From: an uncultured Eubacteriales bacterium
GTDB lineage: Bacteria; Bacillota; Clostridia; Oscillospirales; Acutalibacteraceae
NCBI GenBank assembly: GCA_964639205.1
Contig: CAZXCG010000002.1
Location: forward strand, 3,692 to 67,691
Reading direction: 5' to 3'
Length of the DNA: 64,000 bases
The notes under the pieces are model-generated. The model saw only the letters and a program-made list of their open reading frames with translations, searched no databases and was not told where the DNA came from. Of this stretch, positions 40,501 to 48,545 are shown in pieces (the first letter of the stretch is position 1; each line of letters starts with the position of its first letter). Position numbers and translations under genes: made by a program.

Positions 40501-41115
40501 GCCGGAACCGAAAACAGCATAGGTGCCGGTGCTGTTGGTTGAGGTGTTGGAGTTGGTTGTAGCAATGCTGTAAATAACCGAACCCTGTGACAAAGCCTTA
40601 AGCTTTGCAATAACATCCGGATTTGTTGTCTCGCTTGTTCTTACGTTGGGGCCGGCAAGCTGAACTACGCTGTCTGTGGAATCGCCTGCAAAAACCTCGC
40701 CGGCGTCGCCGTAGTCAACAGCTACCAGAGCGTTTTTCTTCAACGCTTCAAGACCTGTTTGCTCGCTGACCGTTGCGCTGCCAACGGTTTCTGAATTCTT
40801 TTTGACGGTGTAGGTTTCGCCGCCCTCGGTTCCGGTGGCAACCGGAACAATCGCGGTGTAGTAATATGTGCCGTCGGCGGAAACATGCGTTATGGTTGCC
40901 GACGAGGTTATATCACCGCTTGAATTTTCAACAGTAAACGTTGCCTCGTCAGAGCTTTGCCATTCGATTTTATGGGACTTGTAAAGAGCAGACGCAGTAA
41001 CCGCATTTCCCGCGTCCTCAGCGCCCGCCGTGAACGGAACCGCGGTGAATACCGAAAGCACCATAATCACGGAAAGCAGAATGGAAAGCGTTCTTTTTGA
41101 ATAAGCTTTCATCAA
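34582..41115 (-). CDS. giant secreted multidomain protein: 2 x (LamG-like + degenerate SGNH + Ig-like + intact SGNH esterase + Ig-like), F5/8 type C (discoidin/CBM32-like), dockerin
   Basis: 2177 aa. Signal peptide MMKAYSKRTLSILLSVIMVLSVFTAVPFTAGA. GDS motifs at residues 705-707 (nt 38995-39003) and 1654-1656 (nt 36148-36156), with LGMNDS/LGTNDA and HPNANGH/HPSANGH blocks. GGR replaces GDS at residues 363-365 and 1316-1318. Discoidin-like region ..DDDVNTIWQTD..KYRIEVSEDGNEW... C-terminal dockerin GDVDGNGAVDSADATLVLQ / DVDGNNVIDSSDATLILQ. Confidence 0.88.
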   Translation of the reverse strand: MMKAYSKRTLSILLSVIMVLSVFTAVPFTAGAEDAGNAVTASALYKSHKIEWQSSDEATFTVENSSGDITSSATITHVSADGTYYYTAIVPVATGTEGGETYTVKKNSETVGSATVSEQTGLEALKKNALVAVDYGDAGEVFAGDSTDSVVQLAGPNVRTSETTNPDVIAKLKALSQGSVIYSIATTNSNTSTNSTGTYAVFGSGSFNHFWTGVKSNTFRFSFNNSSTTSTYWGANGAQSGINDGQKHIYAFSTVSGTSTVAASDGANAQSFSGAAKFFSNTEIDRLYLGGLDGTVAGNMRLFCGTIYFALISEEVYTADELAVITALPVDPDAVPDLATGADVKSKTAPSSDVEKNTWAFFGGRDVQGTYAEAGGSRNYVRQFEEAIRWQNNPGSGDATNASSGGYSVNMARFVTNFGATGNDIAKVVGSLDASLAEVNPQTIAYLVGYEDYSKGTEDTVLTAFKENLKSFIEKGLAQRDNTGRVVIQNPYTPADENQAEAAKAYALAVNEVVSALDSTVQPRVLVVNHNRLTSGSAAFASKINESGYLNANGQLEIARELCSAIGLSYSITDSNLSLQLEEGPTVYSDVEVTAVVNSDNTLTFTSDKLTVGDSYTYTVETDSYTLSKTSQYTESGITTAALPQGEEYTLTVTTADGVTQYTVMSGTVAENDKAVKKTAQLDKNQQAIADLMEQKESLTWLFMGDSITHGALWTAGYDSVSQIFEKYIKEELGRTDDVVLNTAVSGATAQSTLNNISGRLTDYSPDVVLIQLGMNDSASNLANFKTQLTQIIDKAQEMGAIVVLRTSTPASSGSSYVTNLATVIQQTREVAATYDNVIFADQFAAFGELTDNASYLNGSSLANYLLLGNAIHPNANGHIVMARTVIESLGFDTYNSAVYNHWYKISKTESTSTLTPSISAAPGKIVLDASELASQYGSDLGYVTLTAADKDGNSFSKTVATASETTVTLSNLENGNYTVSVTAELKATPTSVTFASQQASLSDEMEVTFGVLLSNNIASDLTAGAQIGVLSVSTVAPAGNYTYSLVGENNQNSLFAIDGSVLKIGSQALTDGQTYTIRVRAENGSYSSESDFNIIASAQGLIFREENVEVSTNNGVSLTSKDYASRVMAMDEGTFIIKFTSTSSYAIQSLISVSNNTAGNSNRHFHIYITPAGVIGMESRDNIASGTTNSFTTGAVLNSGSENAIAVKYDKDLQQYKVFANGVLVGTFDGRTSFISNITGLDTVQLGSTMRAGASAYYFGGTIAFAEAYSIPLSDEELIERTAIETAVPNISSGSSISASTMFNSESGNTWVFVGGRVVQGPFSDVGGAKNYVSQFKEYTYDNNPGSADGTNSLTGNPNRERYVINEGQTGRTLADIVEDFDALVTAFDPKAVSYMVGAEDYADDASASALEAFKSNLSAFIEKGLNLRSGTGYVVIQNPYAPADEQLRENAIAYALAVNEVVSALPEDQLARVAVVNHFASTDNASFLSTSLNEDGSLNATGHLSISKQFEAKAIGASSSLTSSNLNLVSVEGPSVYDADAVITATAGQTSLSVALSGVDESTNWNYALTVEGSYTVSCLSGNTAEFKALPAGAEYYLTVCSEDGTTQLTVMQGVIQEGSAAVKYQRELDEQQQQIADLVNGDEPLTWMFMGDSITHGVAMGYGKAYDNIADIFTKYIREDLGRVDDTVINTAVSSATTTSTLARINERLNRYSPDVVSVQLGTNDATLANLIPVATYKANLQSIVDAIEAKGAIAVIRAPIVRLDYNANQPDYVQAAKEVAEENGLIFINQFEETTNLVNSLTYIANGDSLGARADYLFFNSTDNLHPSANGHIYMARMFIDALGLDSLNSAVYNNWYETPMGYESSSIVPQLTVSQNQIELDADALSGAYGQDVAYVFVSAANGSYNFSTSDWVDTDALLQNLPGGTYTVTVQAMLKDTAKTVTFASQNVTIYGTDDVIPADSITATAGSSSVGAGAEMALDDDVNTIWQTDLNGSDRSLHYIILELDGDYGVYAVTYLPSQSDLNGTITKYRIEVSEDGNEWKTVCEGEWSADSALKTASFDTVETKYVKLVSVESYSDSQDVDYSSAAEIRVVGSSAEEQYTLGDVDGNGAVDSADATLVLQRYAEIIDDNYETFVKKAADVDGNNVIDSSDATLILQIYANIISKFPIQQ

Positions 41116-41144
41116 ATTCCTCCTGTCTGATTAAAATTAACTCA

Positions 41145-41289
41145 AGCCGTCGGCTTGCCTTTAATGGGCGAAGTTTACAGCAGACTGCATGCGCCGCGGG
41201 AAGCTTCGGCTCTTTAAAGCTTAGGCGGAAGCCGTCCCGGCGTGAAGCCCCGCCGCCTTAGAGGCGGTGGCCGTCCGCGCTCAGGTTAT
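41145..41289 (-). repeat. structured intergenic element, family 2, copy G
   Basis: The minus strand reads TATAACCTGAGCGCGGACGGCCACCGCCTCTAAGGCGGCGGGG... It lies in the sense orientation within the predicted 5' UTR of the giant gene. Confidence 0.7.
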
Positions 41290-41314
41290 AATTGCGTTAA
41301 ACTACTCCACTTAT

Positions 41315-41343
41315 ATTGTATACATTTATGACAAAGATGTCAA
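41315..41343 (-). promoter_or_regulatory. sigma-A type promoter for the giant dockerin gene
   Basis: The minus strand reads TTGACA-17 nt-TACAAT, about 195 nt upstream of the ATG. Confidence 0.55.
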
Positions 41344-41387
41344 GTAAAAAGCCTTGCTTTTTGTTGTAAATTGTTGCTCTAATTATT

Positions 41388-41431
41388 TCTAAAAATCAAG
41401 GTTCGGCAGCAAAAAAGAATGCTGCCGAACC
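41388..41431 (-). terminator. intrinsic terminator after ilvC
   Basis: GGTTCGGCAGC-10 nt-GCTGCCGAACC. The minus strand continues TTGATTTTT. Confidence 0.7.
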
Positions 41432-41510
41432 CTTTGTAAATGTTTCCAAATCGGAGCAGCGCAGCGTAAAGCTCGCTTAAAACGTACCCGCGGAGCGCTT
41501 ATGCGCAGAA

Positions 41511-43050
<1,540 letters not shown>

Positions 43051-43067
43051 AACGCACCTCCGTCTGC

Positions 43068-44687
43068 TTAAATGGACGGCGTTGCCGGATGAACATTGCA
43101 CACCAAAATAAACGGCTTGTCCGACCTGAGCATTTCGGCGGCGGCGGCGCACGCCTGTTCATTGGAATTTGCCTCGGCGGCGTCGATTCCGTATGCCTCG
43201 GCTATCGTAAGAAAATCCGGCTTTTCACAGAGAGTTGTCGCCGAATATCGCCCGTTATACAGCCTGTCCTGAAGCTCGCGAACCATACCCAAGCGGTTGT
43301 TGCGCATTATTATTATTTTGATGTTTAAATTATTCTGCACAAGCGTTCCGAGCTCGTTCATATTCATCTGAAAGCTCCCGTCGCCGCAAACCGCTATTAC
43401 CTCGCGCGACGGTCTTGCAAGCTTTGCTCCGATTGCCGCCGGCACAGAGTAGCCCATTGTACCCATACCTCCGGTAGTCAGAAAACGCCCTTCGCGAATT
43501 TTAAAATTATTGGCGCACCATATTTGATTTTGACCTACATCGGCAACCAGAATAGCCTTGCTGCGCACCATACCGCTCAAACTTGCGATAAACGAGCGCG
43601 GCTCCACAAAGCCTTCAAACTGCTTGGGCTCGCGTGTTATGCCCTTCCACTCGCGTATCTGCGCGCTCCAGCGCGGATTCACACGGTAACCGCCCAAAGC
43701 CTCGCTCAGCTTGACGATTACGTTGCGCATATCTCCTACTATGGGTACCGTGGCGCGCACGTTTTTTCCGATTTCGGCGGGGTCTATATCTATATGTATT
43801 ATTTTTGATTTTGAAGCGATTTGATCCGGAGCAGCCACCGCTCTGTCGCCCAGTCTTGCGCCGCATACTATAATTAAGTCGCTTATATGCAGAGCGCGGT
43901 TTGCCGCCGCCTTGCCATGAGTACCGAGCATACCGAGATAATTCTCGTTCTCCGTGGGAAGCACGCCTATGCCCATCATGGTTGAAACAACCGGAATACC
44001 TGTGGCGTTGACAAGCTCCGCCAGCTTAAGCTTCATTCCCGAGCTTAACACGCCCCCGCCCGCGACAATAAGCGGACGACCGCTTTCCTTTATGAGCTGC
44101 GAGGCGCGTTTAATTTGAACCGCGTGTCCCTGAGTATTGGGCTTGTAGCCTATTATATTGACCTTGTCGGGATAAACAAAATCTTTAATTTCCTTTTGCT
44201 GAACATCAATCGGAACGTCGATGAGAACCGGACCGGGACGCCCCGTTGCGGCAATATGAAACGCTTCCCTGAAAACACGCGGCAAATCCTCCGTTTTATT
44301 AACAAGGTAGCTGTGCTTAACAAACGGCTCGCAGGCGCCGGTTATATCCGCTTCCTGAAAAACGTCGCGCCCCAGAAGATCGCTGCGCACCTGCCCGGTA
44401 ATTGCAATAACGGGAATCGAGTCGGTATATGCCGTTGCAATTCCGGTTATAAGATTTGTAGCGCCGGGGCCCGAGGTGGCAACGCAGACGCCCGGCTTTG
44501 AACACGCGCGCGCATATCCGCTGGCAGCGTGAACCGAGTTCTGCTCCTGCCTTACAAGAATATGCTTTATGTCTGAATTCAAAAGCATATCGTAAAACGG
44601 ACAGATGGCGGCTCCCGGATAACCGAAAATAACAGACACACCCTCCGCTTCAAGGCATTTTACCATAATTTCTGCGCCGCTTACCAT
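43068..44687 (-). CDS. ilvB: acetolactate synthase large subunit (biosynthetic, ThDP-dependent)
   Basis: 539 aa. ThDP motif GDGSFQMNMNELGT..N; N-terminus GAEIMVKCLEAEGV. Confidence 0.95.
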   Translation of the reverse strand: MVSGAEIMVKCLEAEGVSVIFGYPGAAICPFYDMLLNSDIKHILVRQEQNSVHAASGYARACSKPGVCVATSGPGATNLITGIATAYTDSIPVIAITGQVRSDLLGRDVFQEADITGACEPFVKHSYLVNKTEDLPRVFREAFHIAATGRPGPVLIDVPIDVQQKEIKDFVYPDKVNIIGYKPNTQGHAVQIKRASQLIKESGRPLIVAGGGVLSSGMKLKLAELVNATGIPVVSTMMGIGVLPTENENYLGMLGTHGKAAANRALHISDLIIVCGARLGDRAVAAPDQIASKSKIIHIDIDPAEIGKNVRATVPIVGDMRNVIVKLSEALGGYRVNPRWSAQIREWKGITREPKQFEGFVEPRSFIASLSGMVRSKAILVADVGQNQIWCANNFKIREGRFLTTGGMGTMGYSVPAAIGAKLARPSREVIAVCGDGSFQMNMNELGTLVQNNLNIKIIIMRNNRLGMVRELQDRLYNGRYSATTLCEKPDFLTIAEAYGIDAAEANSNEQACAAAAEMLRSDKPFILVCNVHPATPSI

Positions 44688-44773
44688 AAAATAAAACGCT
44701 CCCGTTTAAATATTAAAAGCCGATTTAATCCGCTTTGCATAACGAGCAAGGCTTCTCGCCCCGGGTTACGGTA

Positions 44774-44802
44774 AGTATAGCACATTTATTTAAAAATGTA
44801 AA
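44774..44802 (-). promoter_or_regulatory. sigma-A type promoter for ilvBNC
   Basis: The minus strand reads TTTACA-17 nt-TATACT, about 85 nt upstream of ilvB. Confidence 0.45.
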
Positions 44803-44851
44803 GCGGTGCGGCCGTAAGTTTTAATTTTTGACCGCCGTTTTCAGCCGCAAG

Positions 44852-44880
44852 TTGACATCTCGGCTTCTTTAATGTATACT
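44852..44880 (+). promoter_or_regulatory. sigma-A type promoter for the PPTase gene
   Basis: TTGACA-17 nt-TATACT, divergent from the ilvB promoter. Confidence 0.5.
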
Positions 44881-44902
44881 CTTTTGTAAAATAACGTTTT
44901 TA

Positions 44903-45505
44903 ATGGCATATCGGGCGGCTGACTGCCGCCCTTTTTACGGGGGGATAATGTTGCTGTATCTGAAAACTGTTAAAAATTTTGCTTCTCTCCCCTTAAACGC
45001 GCGTTACCGCGCTCAGCATGACGCGGGCGTCAGGCTGCTCAGCCGCGCCGTACTCTTTGAATACGGAATAAAAATTTCGCTCAGCGATATTGCCGCAAAC
45101 GAACACGGTAAGCCCTATTTTATCAAAGCGGCGGATATACATTTCAGTATCTCTCACAGCGGCGAATACGCAGCGGTGCTTTTAAGCAAATATCCCTGCG
45201 GAGTGGATATTGAACGCGTCAAGCGTGTTAAGCCCGCGCTCATTCCGCGCTACTGCACCGATTACGAGCAGGAGCTTATTAAAAAGAGCGGCGGTCTCCG
45301 GCACAGCGCCGCAGCGCTCTGGACGCTTAAAGAAAGTTACGTAAAAGCAATCGGCAGGGGCGCCGGATTCGGGTTTAAAAACATAGAATTCAAGACCCTC
45401 GGCGATAAACCCAAGGCAAACCGACCGGGAATATTTGAAACCGCCGTATACGGCGACGCGGTAATTTCAAGCTGCATTTTAACAGACAACAAGCCCCGTG
45501 TTTGA
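44903..45505 (+). CDS. Sfp-type 4'-phosphopantetheinyl transferase
   Basis: 200 aa. The start is uncertain (ATG 44903 or ATG 44948); neither has a well-spaced SD. Motifs GKPYF, ISHSGEYAAV, GVDIE, WTLKESYVKAIG. Confidence 0.8.
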   Translation: MAYRAADCRPFYGGIMLLYLKTVKNFASLPLNARYRAQHDAGVRLLSRAVLFEYGIKISLSDIAANEHGKPYFIKAADIHFSISHSGEYAAVLLSKYPCGVDIERVKRVKPALIPRYCTDYEQELIKKSGGLRHSAAALWTLKESYVKAIGRGAGFGFKNIEFKTLGDKPKANRPGIFETAVYGDAVISSCILTDNKPRV

Positions 45506-45586
45506 TTTAATTTAACAGCGTAAATTTCCAATGCGGTTAAAGCCTGAAATTTCACCGCCGCAATTTACTTTGAGAATTTCAAAATA

Positions 45587-45615
45587 TTGCCTTTTCCCCA
45601 CGGTTATGGTAAAAT
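45587..45615 (+). promoter_or_regulatory. sigma-A type promoter for typA (extended -10)
   Basis: TTGCCT-17 nt-TAAAAT with TGg immediately upstream of the -10. This gives a leader of about 140 nt. Confidence 0.4.
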
Positions 45616-45760
45616 AATATTTTGCAGATAATAACGCCGGTCAGTAATGCCTGTGATATGCGGTCATAAGACTTTAGTCCGGGAATGCTGCTCCGCTTCA
45701 AATATGCGCAACGGGATTGAATGCTAACGGTACCGAATAATTAAAAAGGACGGATTAAGA

Positions 45761-47578
45761 ATGGCAAAACAGGAGAATTTACGCAACATAGCCATTATAG
45801 CTCATGTTGATCATGGGAAAACCACCTTGGTTGACCAGCTTTTAAAGCAAAGCGGTATTTTCCGCTCAAACGAATCGGTTGCCGAAAGAGTTATGGACAG
45901 CAACGATTTGGAACGTGAACGCGGAATCACAATACTTTCCAAAAACACCGCCGTTATGTATAATAACGTTAAAATAAATATTGTAGACACGCCGGGTCAC
46001 GCCGATTTCGGGGGCGAGGTTGAGCGTATTCTGATGATGGTTGACGGAGTGCTTCTTCTTGTAGACGCGTTTGAAGGCTGTATGCCTCAAACAAGATTTG
46101 TGCTGAAAAAAGCTCTCGGCTTAGGCAAAAAGCCTCTTGTAGTTGTTAACAAAATCGACCGTCCGGGCGCTCGGCCGGAGGAGGTAATCGACGAAGTGCT
46201 CGACCTGTTTATTGAGCTCGGAGCCGACGAAGACCAGCTTGAATTCCCCGTTGTATATGCTTCTGCCCGCGACGGTTACGCAAGCCTTGACCCTCACGTT
46301 AGGGGAGAAGATATGAAGCCGCTGTTTGAAAAAATCATAACCGAAATCCCCGCCCCCGAGGGAGACCCCGAAGCAGGGCTTCAGCTTTTGTTTTCCAACA
46401 TAGATTATGATGATTATATAGGCAGAATAGGCGTCGGCAGAGTGGAACGCGGCACGGTCAGAATCGGTCAGCAGGCGGTTTTATGCCGTCACGACGGCTC
46501 TGCAAAAAACGTAAAAATCGCGAAGCTTTATCAATTTGAGGGCTTAAAGCGCGTTGAGTGTGAATCGGCAAGCGTAGGCGATATTGTATGCGTAAGCGGC
46601 ATTTCCGACCTTAATATAGGTGAAACAGCCTGCTCGCCGGAATGCATTGAACCTTTACCTTTTGTTAAAATAGACGAGCCTACCGTTTCAATGAATTTTA
46701 TGGTAAACAACAGCCCGTTTGCGGGCAGAGAAGGCAAGTTTGTTACCTCGCGCAACATACGCGACCGCCTTTTTAAAGAGGTGGAAACAAACGTAGCGAT
46801 GCGCGTTGCCGAAACCGACAGCGCCGACACCTTTAAGGTTTCCGGCAGAGGCGAGCTTCATCTTTCAATTCTCATTGAAACCATGCGCCGCCAAAACTAC
46901 GAATTTCAGGTATCGCGCCCGCAGGTAATTACAAAGGTCATAGACGGGGTTCTCTGCGAGCCTATGGAATATCTTATGATTGAGGTCGCGCAGGACTATG
47001 TGGGCACAGTTATGGAAAAGCTCGGCTCAAGAAAGGCTGAGTTAATTAACATGGGCGCTCGCGACGGCGGCTCTACCCACATTGAATTCCGTATTCCGTC
47101 GCGCGGTCTTATGGGCTACCGCTCGGAATTTCTGACCGATACCAACGGAAACGGAATTATAAATCACGTATTCGACGGCTACGAGCCGTATAAGGGCGAG
47201 ATTGTTACCCGCCGCCAGGGGTCTCTAATAGCTCACGAAACAGGCGAAACCGTTGCTTACGGACTTTTTCAGGCTCAGGAAAGAGGCAGGCTGTTTGTGG
47301 GGCCCGGAGTTGAGGTTTATGAGGGTATGATAGTAGGTGCAAGTCCCAAGTCTGAGGATATTACCGTGAACGTATGCAAAAAGAAACATATCACAAACAC
47401 TCGCGCCGCAGGCTCCGACGACGCGCTCAAGCTGACTCCGCCGAGCGTGCTTTCACTTGAACAGTGCCTCGAATTTATTGCGGAAGACGAGCTTGTGGAG
47501 GTCACGCCAAAATCAATACGTATGCGCAAGAAAATTTTATCAAAAGAACTCAGAATGAAGAAAGCTTTCAAAAAATAA
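45761..47578 (+). CDS. typA: translational GTPase TypA/BipA
   Basis: 605 aa. AHVDHGKTTL, DTPGHADF, NKID motifs; full-length BipA architecture. Confidence 0.95.
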   Translation: MAKQENLRNIAIIAHVDHGKTTLVDQLLKQSGIFRSNESVAERVMDSNDLERERGITILSKNTAVMYNNVKINIVDTPGHADFGGEVERILMMVDGVLLLVDAFEGCMPQTRFVLKKALGLGKKPLVVVNKIDRPGARPEEVIDEVLDLFIELGADEDQLEFPVVYASARDGYASLDPHVRGEDMKPLFEKIITEIPAPEGDPEAGLQLLFSNIDYDDYIGRIGVGRVERGTVRIGQQAVLCRHDGSAKNVKIAKLYQFEGLKRVECESASVGDIVCVSGISDLNIGETACSPECIEPLPFVKIDEPTVSMNFMVNNSPFAGREGKFVTSRNIRDRLFKEVETNVAMRVAETDSADTFKVSGRGELHLSILIETMRRQNYEFQVSRPQVITKVIDGVLCEPMEYLMIEVAQDYVGTVMEKLGSRKAELINMGARDGGSTHIEFRIPSRGLMGYRSEFLTDTNGNGIINHVFDGYEPYKGEIVTRRQGSLIAHETGETVAYGLFQAQERGRLFVGPGVEVYEGMIVGASPKSEDITVNVCKKKHITNTRAAGSDDALKLTPPSVLSLEQCLEFIAEDELVEVTPKSIRMRKKILSKELRMKKAFKK

Positions 47579-48501
47579 TGGATTTTGTAATTTTAGACCT
47601 GGAGTGGAGCGCGGCTTACAGCAGAAAAAATAAAAAATTTATAAATGAAATTATTGAATTCGGCGCGGTAAAGCTGAACAGCAGACTTGAGCAGATCGGC
47701 GAGTTTGCAATGCTTATCACTCCGCAGTTGAGCAAAAAGCTCAACCCGTATGTCCGGAGGCTTACGCATCTTTCAATGGAGGAACTCAATAACGCTCACA
47801 ACACCTTCGCGCACGCGCTCGGCAAATTTGCAAAATTTGCCGCAGACTGCGTGCTTATGACGTGGAGTACGTCCGACATTATTGCTTTGAAGGACAACCG
47901 AGAATATTTTTCCCCCGGTCTTTCTCTCGATTTTTTACAGTATTACTGCAACGTTCAGCCGTATTGCGAGGTGATGCTCGACAAACGGGAGAGCGCAAAG
48001 CAGCTTGCGCTTTCCGCCTGCTGCGAGCTTGTCGAAGTTGAATATGATGAAAACCGCCGTCACCGCGCAATTGAAGACGCGCGCTTAACCGCCGAATGCT
48101 TGAGAAAGCTTTACGACCCCGAACTCCTGAATAAATTTATTATGAAAGCAGACGCTGAATTTTATAAGCGGCTTGCTTTCCGTACGCACTACGTTACAAA
48201 TACAAAAATGCACAACCGGCAGGTTAAAAAGCTGAGCTTTTTATGTCCTCATTGCAGCGCCTCGCTCGCTCCCGAAAGCAAATGGATAACCAAGGGGCAT
48301 TCCTTTTGCGCCCCGTTTTTCTGTTCCGAATGTCAGAAAAAGCTTTTGGGTACAGTTACATACAAGGCAACATATGACGGAATAATCCCCAAATTCCGCA
48401 TGACGGACGTTTGCGAGTTAAATTCCTCAGAAAACGAGCCGGCTTCCGATGAAAACAGCACAAGCAAAAAAGCACCTATGCCCTCGACTGCGGACAAGTA
48501 G
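47578..48501 (+). CDS. DEDDh 3'-5' exonuclease domain protein with C-terminal CxxC zinc-ribbon region
   Basis: 307 aa from the ATG at 47578, which overlaps the typA TAA (TAATG). Exo motifs ILDLEWS, WSTSD, HRAIEDA. C-terminal CPHC..CSEC. Confidence 0.75.
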   Translation: MDFVILDLEWSAAYSRKNKKFINEIIEFGAVKLNSRLEQIGEFAMLITPQLSKKLNPYVRRLTHLSMEELNNAHNTFAHALGKFAKFAADCVLMTWSTSDIIALKDNREYFSPGLSLDFLQYYCNVQPYCEVMLDKRESAKQLALSACCELVEVEYDENRRHRAIEDARLTAECLRKLYDPELLNKFIMKADAEFYKRLAFRTHYVTNTKMHNRQVKKLSFLCPHCSASLAPESKWITKGHSFCAPFFCSECQKKLLGTVTYKATYDGIIPKFRMTDVCELNSSENEPASDENSTSKKAPMPSTADK

Positions 48502-48545
48502 CCGGGCAAGCGGCGGATTAGCGTAAAAGGGAACGAAATAAAGGT

